A stretch of 64,000 nt of DNA from Trichoplax sp. H2 (lineage: Eukaryota), in the NCBI GenBank assembly GCA_003344405.1, contig NOWV01000011.1, positions 744,001 to 808,000 on the forward strand, written 5' to 3'. Position 1 is the first letter of the stretch. Each line of letters begins with the position of its first letter. The notes beneath the pieces were generated by a model that ran no database searches, was not told the DNA's origin, and worked only from the letters and a program-made list of their open reading frames with translations. Below are positions 1 through 12,435 of this stretch, one piece after another. The translations under genes were made by a program, and so were the position numbers.

Positions 1-2353
1 TAAATATAACGTGGTCAATATCGATCTAATACTTTTGTAATGAAGGTTAATTTTTAGAATTTTCCTTCAAGTTCTTTTATTGTAAGTATTCTAGCTTAAT
101 TTTGTATCGTGATAAGTATTCTAACTTTAAAAAAATATAACTTATTTGGTTGATTATAATGGTAGATTTTACTTAGTAGCTTAGTATCTTGTAAACCCGA
201 CTGCTTTATTCGGGTTAGAAGTTAACATTATCCGTACCTTAATTCTTGTTAAGAATCCGATATTACGATTTTTTAATTCAAGCGATATATTTAGTTGATA
301 GAATACATGTGTGCTAATTTTGATCATTAATTACAGTAGAAGTTGATGTTACTTTGCAATATCATACAGTATGAACCCAAAACATTGATCTAGGATTGTT
401 ATTTTGACTTAGTGTATACTGTACAAATGTACAGTTTCAAGCTAAACTATACTTAGTATTAATTTAGTAGTTTTCGGGAATCTAGGGTATAATTTATCTT
501 ATCGTGTGTGTTTGATTGCTAGTTTAATTTGGAGTACTTTAGAATGATTTTGGATAGTCTAAAGCCATCAACTGCTCTGTGTAGCATATGAAAGGTGGTA
601 TAGGTCGGTAATTGAGAGCAGTTGAAGTTAGAGAAGACGAGAAAAGTCTAGGATGATCGTAAGTTACCTCATTAATTGATAGTTTGGTTGGTTGAGGCAG
701 TAGTTCTGCCCGTATTTCGTTATTCATAGAAGTTTTGCTAAGATTGTCGTTAAAGTTATAATAAAGTGTTGTTTTCTCTTAATTTATTTTGTTTGAACTT
801 CAATTGTTGGTAGTTTAATTTAACATAGAAAATTTTATTTTATTTTTGAATCCGATACTGCCCTTTAATGAATTGCTATACTACAGTAATTGCGTATATT
901 ATCAAATACAGATACCAAATAAGTCTTTACTTAAATAATCGAATATCTTTTGTAATCTGTATAAGGGTGTGACACTTTATGTCAATGGAATGATCTATAA
1001 GATGCAATCGAGATATATTCTACTGCAATAGTTAATCTCCAGCATTAATATTATTATAAAATGTCTCAACAATAAATACACATTACAAAAGTAAAAACAA
1101 TACAGAATTATTATCAAAGCTTAAGTTCATCAATCGGAAAGCTTAATAGGCAAATAAATTAAGAGGGTATTCAGAACATTAGATTGCCATGAGTTAACGC
1201 TGTCTAGATGGTGTCAGTTACATCTTAATACTGCCTATTTTCATGTAATATCAAATCATTCATCGTAGATGGAGGGAAATTGAAATGTGAGTATGTATTT
1301 ATCATCGATACATTTTGAATTAAATGGGATATTTATGAAACATGGAGTGTTAATAAGACCTGCTTGCTTTGGGGTGGCATGGAGGAAATTATAAATTTTC
1401 GGAATTAATTATTAGGGCTAAGGTACAGATAATATGATCATTAGGTACCAGTACTTCTATCTTAGTGTAATAAAGTGTCTTCAAAATAATGAAAAAATAA
1501 CTACAGTTTCTTGTAAACTGCATTTTATTACATAACTTAGGTTCGTTATCCAACTACCAAAGACTACATAACTGCGACAAATTATCTATATTATTAAAGC
1601 CTAATCCATGATTTATGTACAATTAGTTACAGAATGATTCTTTAGCAATATAATAATATAAATTTATTAGACCAATTTTGCTGGTTTCGAATCGGGGAAT
1701 TAAGAGAACATCGGTAGAACGTCTCTTATGAAATCACACACATTCATAAATGCGGCAATTAGTAGTCACAGAAGGTCTATAATGAGATTTACAGGCGTCC
1801 GAGAACTATTAATTTGAGATCTACGGTACGTTACCCGATGCTTATAATTAATACAATTTGATATGGTTGTACACATTGGTACATGTGAATATATTTGATC
1901 AGCGTAGGAAAGCCTTAAAATACGTCGATAAAATATATTGACATGCTTGATGATAGAAAGCGCTATGGGATTTTAAATGTTCACCAAGAATACGAATTAT
2001 CTATAGTAGTGGAGTCTATAAGCAAATTTCTTCTGACAAACTTTATTTTTGCAAATTTTCATCGGTGATTATCGTATTGTATAAAATTGGCGGTATATAA
2101 GATGTATAACATATACACATACAAAAGGTACATCGCATGTAGCTGTATCATGATTATCGATATTACTAAATAAATTCAATATTACATAATAACAGGTACG
2201 AATATTTTATGGTGACTCTATCGTATAATTTCGATAATGTATAACTGCAATATTAATCGATAGCATTAACTAACGCTAAATTCCAATTATTATGTAGGGA
2301 TAAGTCAACGGAGTCTATAGATATCGCAGTAATAACTTAGACATGGAGATGAA

Positions 2354-3183
2354 TTAATCATAGAAGGCACCGCCGATCCACCAATTTGTTGTCGATGTGC
2401 TGTTCATAGTACAAGAAAATTTCGAGTGATAATGGACATAATTACCAAAGATATTTTCGCCAGATACTACATCAGGAACGTTAAACCTTCCACAATTTAC
2501 TTTAGCGTGTGGAAGATCTACAAACAAATGATAATTGCTATAGCTGTAAAACGGAATATTGCATTTACTGCATGAATATCCACGTATATTGATGTAATCG
2601 ACTACGGCGCAAATCCAAGCATTTCTAGCACTAAAGAAGCTATTATACGCGCAAAAGGATACTCTTATGTAATCACGACGATTTGCTAATCCTTTCTCGT
2701 TTTGGTTATCAAAGTTACATGTCGCGCGAAAATGCGTGGATGAAGCAGCTTGTTTCAATGCACTCATTTTAGCTTTAGAAAGTCTATAATTCGACCAATT
2801 GGGTGTACATTCATTAGATGGAACATTATAATAAAAACTCTTACGAAAGGTAGTAGTTGCTGCATTGGTTCTTGATAGAGATTCTATAAGAGTCCATGCA
2901 AATCCAGGATCTGATTGAAAGTCGCAAAATGCAAGATAGGGTTTGTTTGTAGAATCGTGGAGTGTGAAATATCCATTTTGGGAAACGTGATAAATACTTC
3001 TAACAGCGGCACACGTTGTCGGCTTTGGATTAACTACCTAATCGATAATGTGAAGAATTCTTATAGTGCTAACTTCAGCTACGATGCTATAATGAAATAT
3101 TCATCTAAATAGCTCACCGCTGATCTTGCAATCGGTAGTATGGCTATTACCATAAAATAGAAAAATAAAGTGTATCGAAGCAT
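2354..3183 (-). CDS. Secreted fibrinogen-related/intelectin-N-like family protein, copy 1 (subfamily A), intact, 249 aa; exons 3183-3118 and 3037-2354
   Basis: Exon 1 MLRYTLFFYFMVIAILPIARSA (signal-peptide-like), GTGAG donor, TAG acceptor, phase-0 intron of 80 nt. Exon 2 is open: VVNPKPTTCAAVRSIYHVSQNGYFTLHDSTNKPYLAFCDFQSDPGFAWTLIES... and continues into ORF 2354..2767, ending TTNWWIGGAFYD. Confidence 0.9.
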
Positions 3184-5195
3184 ATTTAATTTGCAATACG
3201 AAAAATTTCTGTTCACTATCGACAGTAGCCGAGAACTAGCAATAGAGAGTTTGAATTGATAATCCCAAATATCGAATTTGTCGACCTATTTATGTTCATG
3301 TGGAATTAAGATGATTATTCGAGGAATGTAGAGAATCAATTATAATATCCCGTAACGTATGCCAGTCATAGCTAAAATATAAATAAATTTTGCGTTTGTC
3401 ATGAACTTTAACCTAAATATTACTAATACAATGTTTAGATAATTTTAGTTAACGATTAACCCTCTGATTTTATCTTAGTAGGGCCTCAATAATATTGATT
3501 TTAGAAATGCTCAGCCTAATATTTAAAAATACCTTAGACTTTGGCATAAATTTCATCAAGGTTAAATTAAATAACCTAAAGTGGAAGTTCGTGATCACTT
3601 TATAAGTTGTGCCCAGTGGCATGAAAATTTTCGCTTATTCCAGGTCAATATGCATATGTAAAATAAAAGAACTAATTCAATCGAAAAAATAAACTCCTTG
3701 ATACCGTAATCTATTTCGAGAGGAAATGCTACCGTAGATATTGATTTAACAACGATTAATAATGTTAAATGTAAGTTAAGAGAAATAAACAATAAACACT
3801 GTAGCACTCTGTGGTTGTAGGCCGATTAAAGTAGTCAGTAGCAGTCTCGGCTATAGTGTTGCTTGTGATGCTCCCAGCGTAGTACGATTTATGTCATGTT
3901 ATTTATGATTTTGGCATCGTTATTGCATCAGAAATTTCGATGCATTGATTTTTATTGTGTAATTATTAGAACATTGAAAAGGGGACGATTATTATTGTAA
4001 CAGCTGCAAAGGATATGTTCTCGCTTTTTGCTGTAATCCTCTTTCCATTTCGGAATAAAATGCTGTAAGCGTAAATCCTCATGACCGTAATGTTAAGAAT
4101 AACGTTAACATGACTCTTTTCTAATTTATTCGAAAATGTGTAAGAAATTGCAACATAGCCGTGTGGTCATACTCGAAGCGCCAAATTATGTAGTAGTTGG
4201 GTTTTACAACCCCTTAGGTTCGCAATCGTCTAATTCAAAATCTAAGTTATTGAAATTGAGCAAATTTCTAACGTGACACAAGATCAGATTAACACCGTGT
4301 TTAACCTTAGAAGTATCCGTTTATTAATAGAGCGTCTGACAAGAGAAGAATCCACTTTTCTTCCCTCATAAAAATAGTTGAAAGTGGGCTAAGACAAAAT
4401 GGATAATTGATTTAGCCTCCACGATAACAATTCCATATTACCTAACAGTTATATTAAGACATTACACAAAAACATCACCCTATATAGCTGTCTACCGCGG
4501 CCTTATACGCACATAGTATGGGTAGCATAAGTACACCGTTTCATCATTAGCAGTCATGAAATTACTTTATAAGCATAGTAGACTGTACAACTTCTTAATG
4601 CTACCGTACTCAATTACTACTGTAATTAGCTGAAACTATTACAGCGTCATAGGAAAATGAAAGTTATGAGAGTTATATGTAATATGATGCTTTTCCCGAT
4701 CTGTAATGAAACTTGTTCTACCAACTATAATTGGTGTGTAGATCATACAAGTAATTTTATAATAGCAGATTTTATTACTGGCTCTCTACCGATTGAGATG
4801 CTACGTAATAGTACAACAAGCTCTGATAGACAAGGAAAATTTCTTATAATAGCAGATCTTAGAAAAGAAAGACTAAGAACAACAATAACTGAAAAACGTA
4901 GCTGCTTATCTAACTTCGTTACAACATAACGATTACGAACAACTTAACACTTTGAGAACTTAGTATGAGAATAAAATTCTATCATTACTACAGTTTTCTA
5001 CGAAACTTAAGCCAGTGCATTCTTTAAACCAATAACATGATCATATTCCAACTTGTTATTACAAATCTATGATGTTGACAACCTACACAGTAACACTATC
5101 ATCATCATCACAAACACTTATTACAAATACTAAATTTTTACGCTAACATCGAAGGAATGATCAAATTATTAATAAAAGATTTCACTTACAAAGTA

Positions 5196-5420
5196 ATTTC
5201 ATTGGCGAATATCGATTATGTGAAATTTATGTAAGTATGTGCACTTAGAGGGTCATAAACCATATAGTATGGAATTAATTACATTGCTATTAGCAAATTG
5301 CACAGCGATTTCATTGGCGAATATCAATTATGTAAATTTTTTCCACTCATAAATGCGGACATGTGGAGGGCCATTGGTCATGTAACATACAACTTAACTA
5401 TATTACTGCTGGCAAGTTTG
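5196..5420. repeat. Diverged tandem duplication, ~112-bp unit, 2 copies
   Basis: atttcattggcgaatatc(g/a)attatgt at 5196 and 5308, with weaker similarity continuing downstream. Confidence 0.7.
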
Positions 5421-6117
5421 AATGTAAATCTTTAAAGGTTAAAGATCAATCATGAGATTGTGCAATCGTTAAAATGACAGGTATTTGATAGTATTGATTA
5501 GTTTACTAAGATATGATTTGTAATTGCTCTTCGATTGATGTAGTTAACTGATGGTAATTTCATATATGTTAATAGAACTGTAGTGAAGCCCCAAATAAGC
5601 TTAAGACTAAGATTATAGAATAATGCGACAATAGATAAATTGTGCGCTAGGCTGTAAGACTGCATACGTGTCTAATTATAGAAGATGTTTAAAGTACGTA
5701 TTGTAGTAAATTATATTGAAATGCTTATATTAAGAATCAGAGATAATAATAGATAGCGTTAATTATGTTAGTATTGTGAGATTTGTATTGTGATGCTTTA
5801 ATCAGAAGCGCGATAGTAAATTTAGATATGATCTTGTAACTTAATTTATGAGATCTGATTGTGTTTGAAAGAAAATCATTGTGTCACTAATTGTATATAA
5901 ATTGTGAATATTGCTATGATAATTCATACCGTCCAGAGATAGTCCTATTGAAGCTAGATAGCTCTTGGTACTTGTAAGATGAACCTAATCTATGTAATAA
6001 AGTGAAATTTACAAGAAACTGTAGTTCTATTGATTTTTTAAAAGACACTTTATCACAAGAACATAATCTGGTTTAGTCGATAATAGTGTACCACGGAAAT
6101 AGCGGTATGGCTAGAAA

Positions 6118-6954
6118 CTAGTCATAAAAGGCACAGCCGATCTACCATTTTGTAGTCGTGGTGCTATTCGCCACACAAGAGAATTTCGAGTCGGTATAAT
6201 AGGATTGACCAAAACTTGTTCATTTGATATTGCATCAGGAAAATTAAATTTTCCACAGCGCATTTTGGCGATTGAAAGATTCACAATTGTACGGACACTA
6301 CCATATCCAATAAATGGAATACTACATTTACTGCTAGAATATCCTCGAATATTGATATAGTCAACCTCAAGATAATCCCAATCACTTCTAGAAGTAAGGA
6401 AATGCCTACATGCACAAAATTGTACCTTAATATAATCTTGACGATTTGCTAATCCTTTCCCCTTTGGCTATCAAAGTTACACGTTGTACGGAAATGAGTC
6501 GATGATGAAGCACTTTTCAATGTAGTCATTCTAGCTTTAGAAAGTCGATAATTTGATCAATTGGGCATACGTTCATCGGACGGGACATTATAGTAAAAGC
6601 TCTAACGAGGTGAAGAGCTTTTTGCGTGGTTAGTCGACAGCGATCCTATAAGAGTCTACGCAAATCTGGGATCTGATCGAAAATCACAAAAAGCGATATG
6701 GTTTACTTGTAGAATCATAAAGTGTATAATATCTATTTTGAGGGGCGCGAATTATAGTCCTAATAGCGGTACATGTTATCGGTTTCGCTTTAATTACCTT
6801 ACAAACTAATAATATAAAGAATTGTTACAATATCGGATTTATACTACGAGCTCTATTTTAAAATCCGAGCTAAACTACTCACCGCCAATTTCAATGCAGG
6901 TATTATAGCTATCAAGATCAGATAAATAAGTTTATACAAAGTCCACTGAGCCAT
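6118..6954 (-). pseudogene. Family copy 2 (subfamily A), pseudogene
   Basis: Signal exon MAQWTLYKLIYLILIAIIPALKLA|GTGAG. Exon 2 aligns over its full length to copy 1 but has frameshifts and stops (TAG at 6656-6658 replacing the W of AWTL; TGG TAG at the terminal WW). Confidence 0.88.
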
Positions 6955-7627
6955 ATTTGAATTAACATGGAGATACACTTTTACCTGGAAGATGATTGGT
7001 AGAAAACTATCAGCAAGGAACTTTGAATTATTGAGTGTAAATATCCGGGGTTTTTAATCTACTGACTCTTTTATATTCTCGTGAAATCGATCCGATTTAT
7101 TTGAAGAATGTAGTCAGCATATTAAGTATATCAATCACAGATGAGCATAAAAAAATTTATATTTATGAAAGAAATCTGGCTTGCATCCTGTTTGTGGAAC
7201 TTTGAAGCAATATTTCTTCGAATTTTACTTTATTATTTTCGTTTAAGTAATACAGATAAAGAATATTGATTTAGGATCAAATTGAGTATCCCAGGTATAT
7301 TCTCCTGCATGTCTTGGACTTCGAGCGAAAGTATAAACTTCTCTAGTACCAGTATTTCAGAAACCTAATTCATAATCCAACCTCTTGTCTACGTTGAAAA
7401 GTCAAGATGAAGTTAAGATAACCATTAAATGTAAAAGCTTAAATATCCGATGTCAATGTTGCTAAACATTAACGATATATTGTTTCGCGCTATCACCCAT
7501 TAAAAGAAAATTCATAGCTAGATTCTCTTACTATATATGAATCCCTTCCTAGAGATAGGTAGCTGATTCAGTACGTATCAATATTTAGCTATCTACAGAA
7601 ACTTCAGAATGATGACTAGCTTATGTA

Positions 7628-7665
7628 ATGGATTGAAAATTTACGTTCTACTTGCAACTTTGATC
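7628..7665 (+). pseudogene. Possible short relic of a family copy
   Basis: ggattgaaaatttacgttctacttgcaactttgat (..RSTCNFD) resembles copy 9 ggatcgaaacactatcgttcgacctgcaattttgat (GSKHYRSTCNFD). Flanks are not clearly alignable by eye. Confidence 0.35.
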
Positions 7666-8063
7666 GAATACATTAGTCAAATAGATTTACTTGATACTAA
7701 TAGCGGGGTTTGGCTTTAGATAAAAATATTCGATATATAGAATAAATTTTGATGCCAGATAAGATTTGCTTTATTTAATTAGTTTATTTGCATTCTAAAT
7801 ACTCTAATATGGCTAAGCAGCATACTTCATATTTGCTATATTTTAATCTAATTTCGCTTTGTTAACAAATCAGTAATTCTGTGCTATATTAGTAACCTCT
7901 AATCCTATGACACCTGCATATTTGAGAAGCATTTATATAACAATATTATGCATTATTTAGAACATTCTTCCTTCAAAAACTACTTTAAACCGGGCTTTCA
8001 TATATCACTTAATAACCAGATACCAGTACAGAGTTTAGATTATTGCTGGCCTTACAGCGGATT

Positions 8064-9400
8064 TCAGTATCGACCTCCAATCCGCCAATTCGTAGTTGCT
8101 GCATCCTTTATAGCACAGCCGAATGAAGCATCGTAAAAATCATAGCTTTCGAAAACAGCTTCGGTATTTGCCTTCTGTACTATAGTTTGCACTTGGTCGC
8201 ATTTTACTTTCAGCTGAGCAGGATTTATTAATGAATAAAAATTAAGAGCGCCAATATATAATGGAATGCTAGAGTGGCTACATGATTTTCCTCGAAGATT
8301 TAAACACCTGACTTTAGCGCAATGCGATTCTTCACTTAGTATCTTTCTATTCTAATCATGGATTTGAGTATAGCAAATGAGCATAGCAAGTTTCAAATTA
8401 TGTGATATACGCGTATATACTTTATTGTTTTAATTAAAAGTTTCTATATCAATAAATTTTTAAGCCAAGAAATTAAAAGAGTTAAAGACTTGTGTCTGAC
8501 AGGTCTATCAAATGGTAATACTATCTGTTAAATGAGCACATTATCGTAAATCGTCAGCAAAGCGACGGGAGTTTGCACTAGTAACTTACAGTAAGAACTA
8601 CGGTAGTTATTATTTTGTTACAGTAAATTATGCTGTACTGTAGTAAGAGTTCTTATACGGTAACTAATGTTAATTGATTATAGTATTATGTCTTGTAACG
8701 CTTGTGATGAATATTCTGAAGATATTCAACTATAGATGATACTATGAATAATTCTGCATATGACCATACTGTAATCTAATTATCTAGAATCGTTCAGTAC
8801 ATGTCTAAGATTATGAATAATTTCTGTATTAATTTAGCTATACAATATGAACTAAATTTTCATGAACTGTTGTGACTAATGATAGCAGCTACCGAAGGGT
8901 ATTTAAGCTCGGTAGATAGCTGAATAAAAGAGAGTCCTATAGCTGTTTAAGGTAGAAGCAAAGGCGTCTTAATTCTTGTGAGATAGTTCAGGAATACTGA
9001 ATCCCGGAGACTACAGTAATTTAGAGATTTGTCTTACCTTATCTTTGTCACGAAGCTGGCTTGTGACAACTTGATAAAAGTAATGAATTAGATTGTATCT
9101 CAATTAATATATTTACGTATTATGGTCATCATTTTAAAACAGTAGATATTTTAGTAATATATTTATCGTAGCATTGTTAAGTAGATAAAAGGTTATTAAA
9201 ATGTAGTCGAAATTACAATATGAGCACTATTAAGTTCCAGAAGTCTATAAACTGATTCAATTTAGTGCTTATATTGTCGGCTAAAGATCATAATAAATGT
9301 CCTTCCTAATGAACCGTTTTAATGGATTGCTTAGTATCCAAGTAAATCTGGACTCTGATTAAAATCATAAAGAATAAGATAGGATAAAGCCATCGAATTA
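8064..9400 (-). pseudogene. Highly degraded family copy 3, split by a solo LTR
   Basis: 3' part (8064-8294) reads RGKSCSHSSIPLY...NTEAVFESYDFYDASFGCAIKDAATTNWRIGGRY*. 5' part (~9240-9385) reads roughly YLILYDF*SESRFTWIL...N*ISYRL, matching the CDFxSEPPFxWTL and NWxxYRL motifs. Confidence 0.7.
8493..9068 (+). mobile_element. Solo LTR (576 bp) with 5-bp target-site duplication ACTTG
   Basis: Starts TGT and ends GTGACA. ACTTG at 8488-8492 and 9069-9073. Internal TATTTAAG (~8900) is followed by AATAAA (~8923). Confidence 0.75.
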
Positions 9401-12060
9401 TGGGTGATTGATGTATGTCCTATAATACAATACACTCTAAGTCTGAGCCTAAAATAGATAGATGGTGCTGTTCTAGGTTAGACTTCCTAGTTCGTCATAT
9501 AAAAAATGTTATTTTAACGGCATTAATTTGTGTGCTTGTATGCTATAGGGGAACAACTTAATGATGCTCTTTCAACCTTGCCATTCGTTACATAGAAATT
9601 GAAACCAAAAATAGGTGCAAATTTCACTTATACATTGATAAGAAATGATGCATGTAAGACTTCAGTTCTTGAACTGGCAACCATTAATTTACTCCATAAA
9701 ATTGAAGTTTCTAATGTCTAACTAATTAATTAATGTAGCTTATAGATCGTTGTACATAAAATTTTTAATTGAGATTTCAAAGTAGAACCTCATGGTAACT
9801 ACAACTAAACGATAGATATTGCACTGCTATATTATCACAATCGCACATTATAGAGTTATTGTAGTTTGACTATGCATTTACAGCTGCCTTCGATTTATAT
9901 TTTAAGCGATGTCTTAACTAAACGGAAAAGAATTCAGTCTTAATCCTTTTTGTGAATCTTTGCAGATCAATGTGAGTTGCATTACTAAGATACTAAAGGA
10001 ATTTACTTAATAGCCGGTTCGCTAGGTTTTTTAGGTGTTTTTCGTGATAGAACCTATTGTACTTCTGCAGATGAAGATCTATCGATTATTTGTAAGACTT
10101 TTGTAAACTCTATTTTAATATTCATTATTAATCACGGCATATTTAAAATAGATCTACTTTTTAGTCAAAGTTTTATTTTGATTCTATATTGAAAGGGATT
10201 ATCAGTTTTAAAATGTATTATATTAATATCTGATGATGACGTATAGTCTTGCATATGCAAGTTGCTATTTCTCCATATAAAATAAATATTTATAACTAAG
10301 TAATATTATTAAAGCAAAGTTACGTACATTCGACGTCATATTCTAAACAAGAAAATTAAGTATAGTGCTACTTAAAATTGTTCTAAATTAACTTATTAGT
10401 CATTAGAAGAGCTTAAAATTATAAGCCATACTAGTAATCATACGGTATATAAGAAAAATTGTCAATAATTAAATAAAGCAGTCAATTAAATATTTACGTA
10501 TGCGTTTAGTTTACTAGAATTACTTGTATTATCCACATCTTGTTATCTCGGATTCACAAAGTAAGTATGGATTTCATCATTTACTATTCTTGATGTTATC
10601 GGTTCATAATATTCCCATTCAAACTTTTCAAAATTCTAACTACAAAGCTGATTTCTACCTGCTCTACAGCAGATGTATGAATATAAATGTTATTTTATTA
10701 AACTGATGCTACGAACGTGATTGCATTTATTTAGGGGAGGTATTATCAAAGTTCAAGTTTATTATGTTTATTATCTTTAAGTCGTGCAATATAATTACAA
10801 ATATTTACAATATAGCGCACTCGGTAATAAAAATTTTAGGGTTTGGTCTTTCCTTTAGCACCATGCTATGCATTTACAATATTTAATTTGTTTTATAGAT
10901 AATATTTTTATGGCCTTGATCACCAATCTCCGATAATATATAACAAAAAAGGATTACTGCCTTTTATATATTCATCGGATGATACTATAGTAATTACAGA
11001 TAGTTTTAACAGGATTAATTAAAATCCCTTCTTATCTTAATAGATCTAAGTAGAAGGCAACAGTATTGGATCTCCAATTTTGGCCGTACTTGATCGCTAT
11101 CTCAATATTGTCGATATTAGGCATAGATATATCGTCGTTATAAATTTTAATTATTAAAATTTTAATTATTATACAACTTAAAAGTTCTTTATGCTATCAA
11201 ATCAATATTGGAAACAACCTGTTTTTCTTGAGTTCTAATTTACCATAAAATATTAATGTAATGAGCTCAGCTAATTGCAGCAGTACAGTATGTGTCTAAT
11301 AGTAATAACACGAGACTATTACACGGTCACTACAATCGGATATAAAATATACCTGCGTCAGTTTTTACCAGATTACTTCTATAGATGTATCATATACACC
11401 CTTTTTAAAAGTCATCGCTATTTTTACCCTGATGTTTTAAATTCCAATTATAATTATTGTTTGCATTGAAATTTATTTAAACAAATTTTCTGATGAAATT
11501 ATTTGCAAATTTAGGCGGTCTTAGTGATGTTTTGAATAGCAATATTGTTCAGGTGACTAGGTAGGCGGTTGTATTCTAATTTGAAAGAATTCATAACTTA
11601 TTTTAATCTCTGCCATCAAGGTCCCTGCTAAGAAATTTTATATTTTGTATAGGTTACTGTTTTGTCAATTCAGCGAAAATTCTAGTTTATCATAGCTTTT
11701 AATGAAGCTGTTATGAAACCTTTAACAGGTGTTAGACTTATCGTGATTTTTTCCCCGCTTTGCTGCCATTACTAAGAAATCATAAGGAACATTTGTATTG
11801 CTTTTACCTGCGTAATTTTCGTATTCATTTTTCCGAAAGCTTCACCTTATTGCGTAGACTGTTTATAAAAAACTATGCTTCTACCTCACATTCCGCGGAT
11901 AGTATATTTAAGGAATAATAAATTTCCAGTAATTTCATCAGGATATCTCTTTTTAAAGGCAATTGGTCTCTCATTCACGGAACAGTATGTGCTAGAAAAT
12001 ACGGTCCATTATATACAATTATTAGAAAGGATCATCATATGTAGTGCATATATGTCTTGT

Positions 12061-12435
12061 ATTAGTATTTTAAACTAATCATAAAGGACTGTAAGCTACT
12101 TATAAGTAGCCATTGAAGTAGCACTGTAGTAGCTAACTATATTCTATGCGTTATCTTAGCATTTTAAACTAATCGTACAATACTGTAAACTACTTCCCGT
12201 GTGCGTTTATTTAGTATTGTAGCTGCTAATTGTAGTCAAACAGGTATATTACTATTTTAAACTATTCGTAAAGTGCCGTAAACTAATTTTTTGCTCGTTC
12301 TAACGTAGTGCTGCAATAGCTAATTGCAGTCTATGCGTTGTACAGTATCAGTTTTTTGGACTAATTATCAAGTCTTGTAAGCTACTTTTCTAGATATGAT
12401 AATATAGCATTGTAAAAAATAGCTAATTGTAGTCC
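12061..12435. repeat. Diverged tandem repeat, ~94-bp unit, ~4 copies
   Basis: Recurring ttttaaacta...gtaa(g/a)cta...gctaattgtagtc, with unit anchors at ~12068, 12162, 12255 and ~12354. Confidence 0.75.

Noticed and set aside
539-727. 62-aa ORF and the other isolated 60-100 aa ORFs in intergenic regions
   Set aside because: No recognisable motifs or splice support, and composition is typical of random AT-rich ORFs.
12061-12435. Repeat array as a CRISPR-like locus
   Set aside because: Units are diverged along their whole length, there is no identical repeat with unique spacers, there are no cas genes, and the context is eukaryotic.
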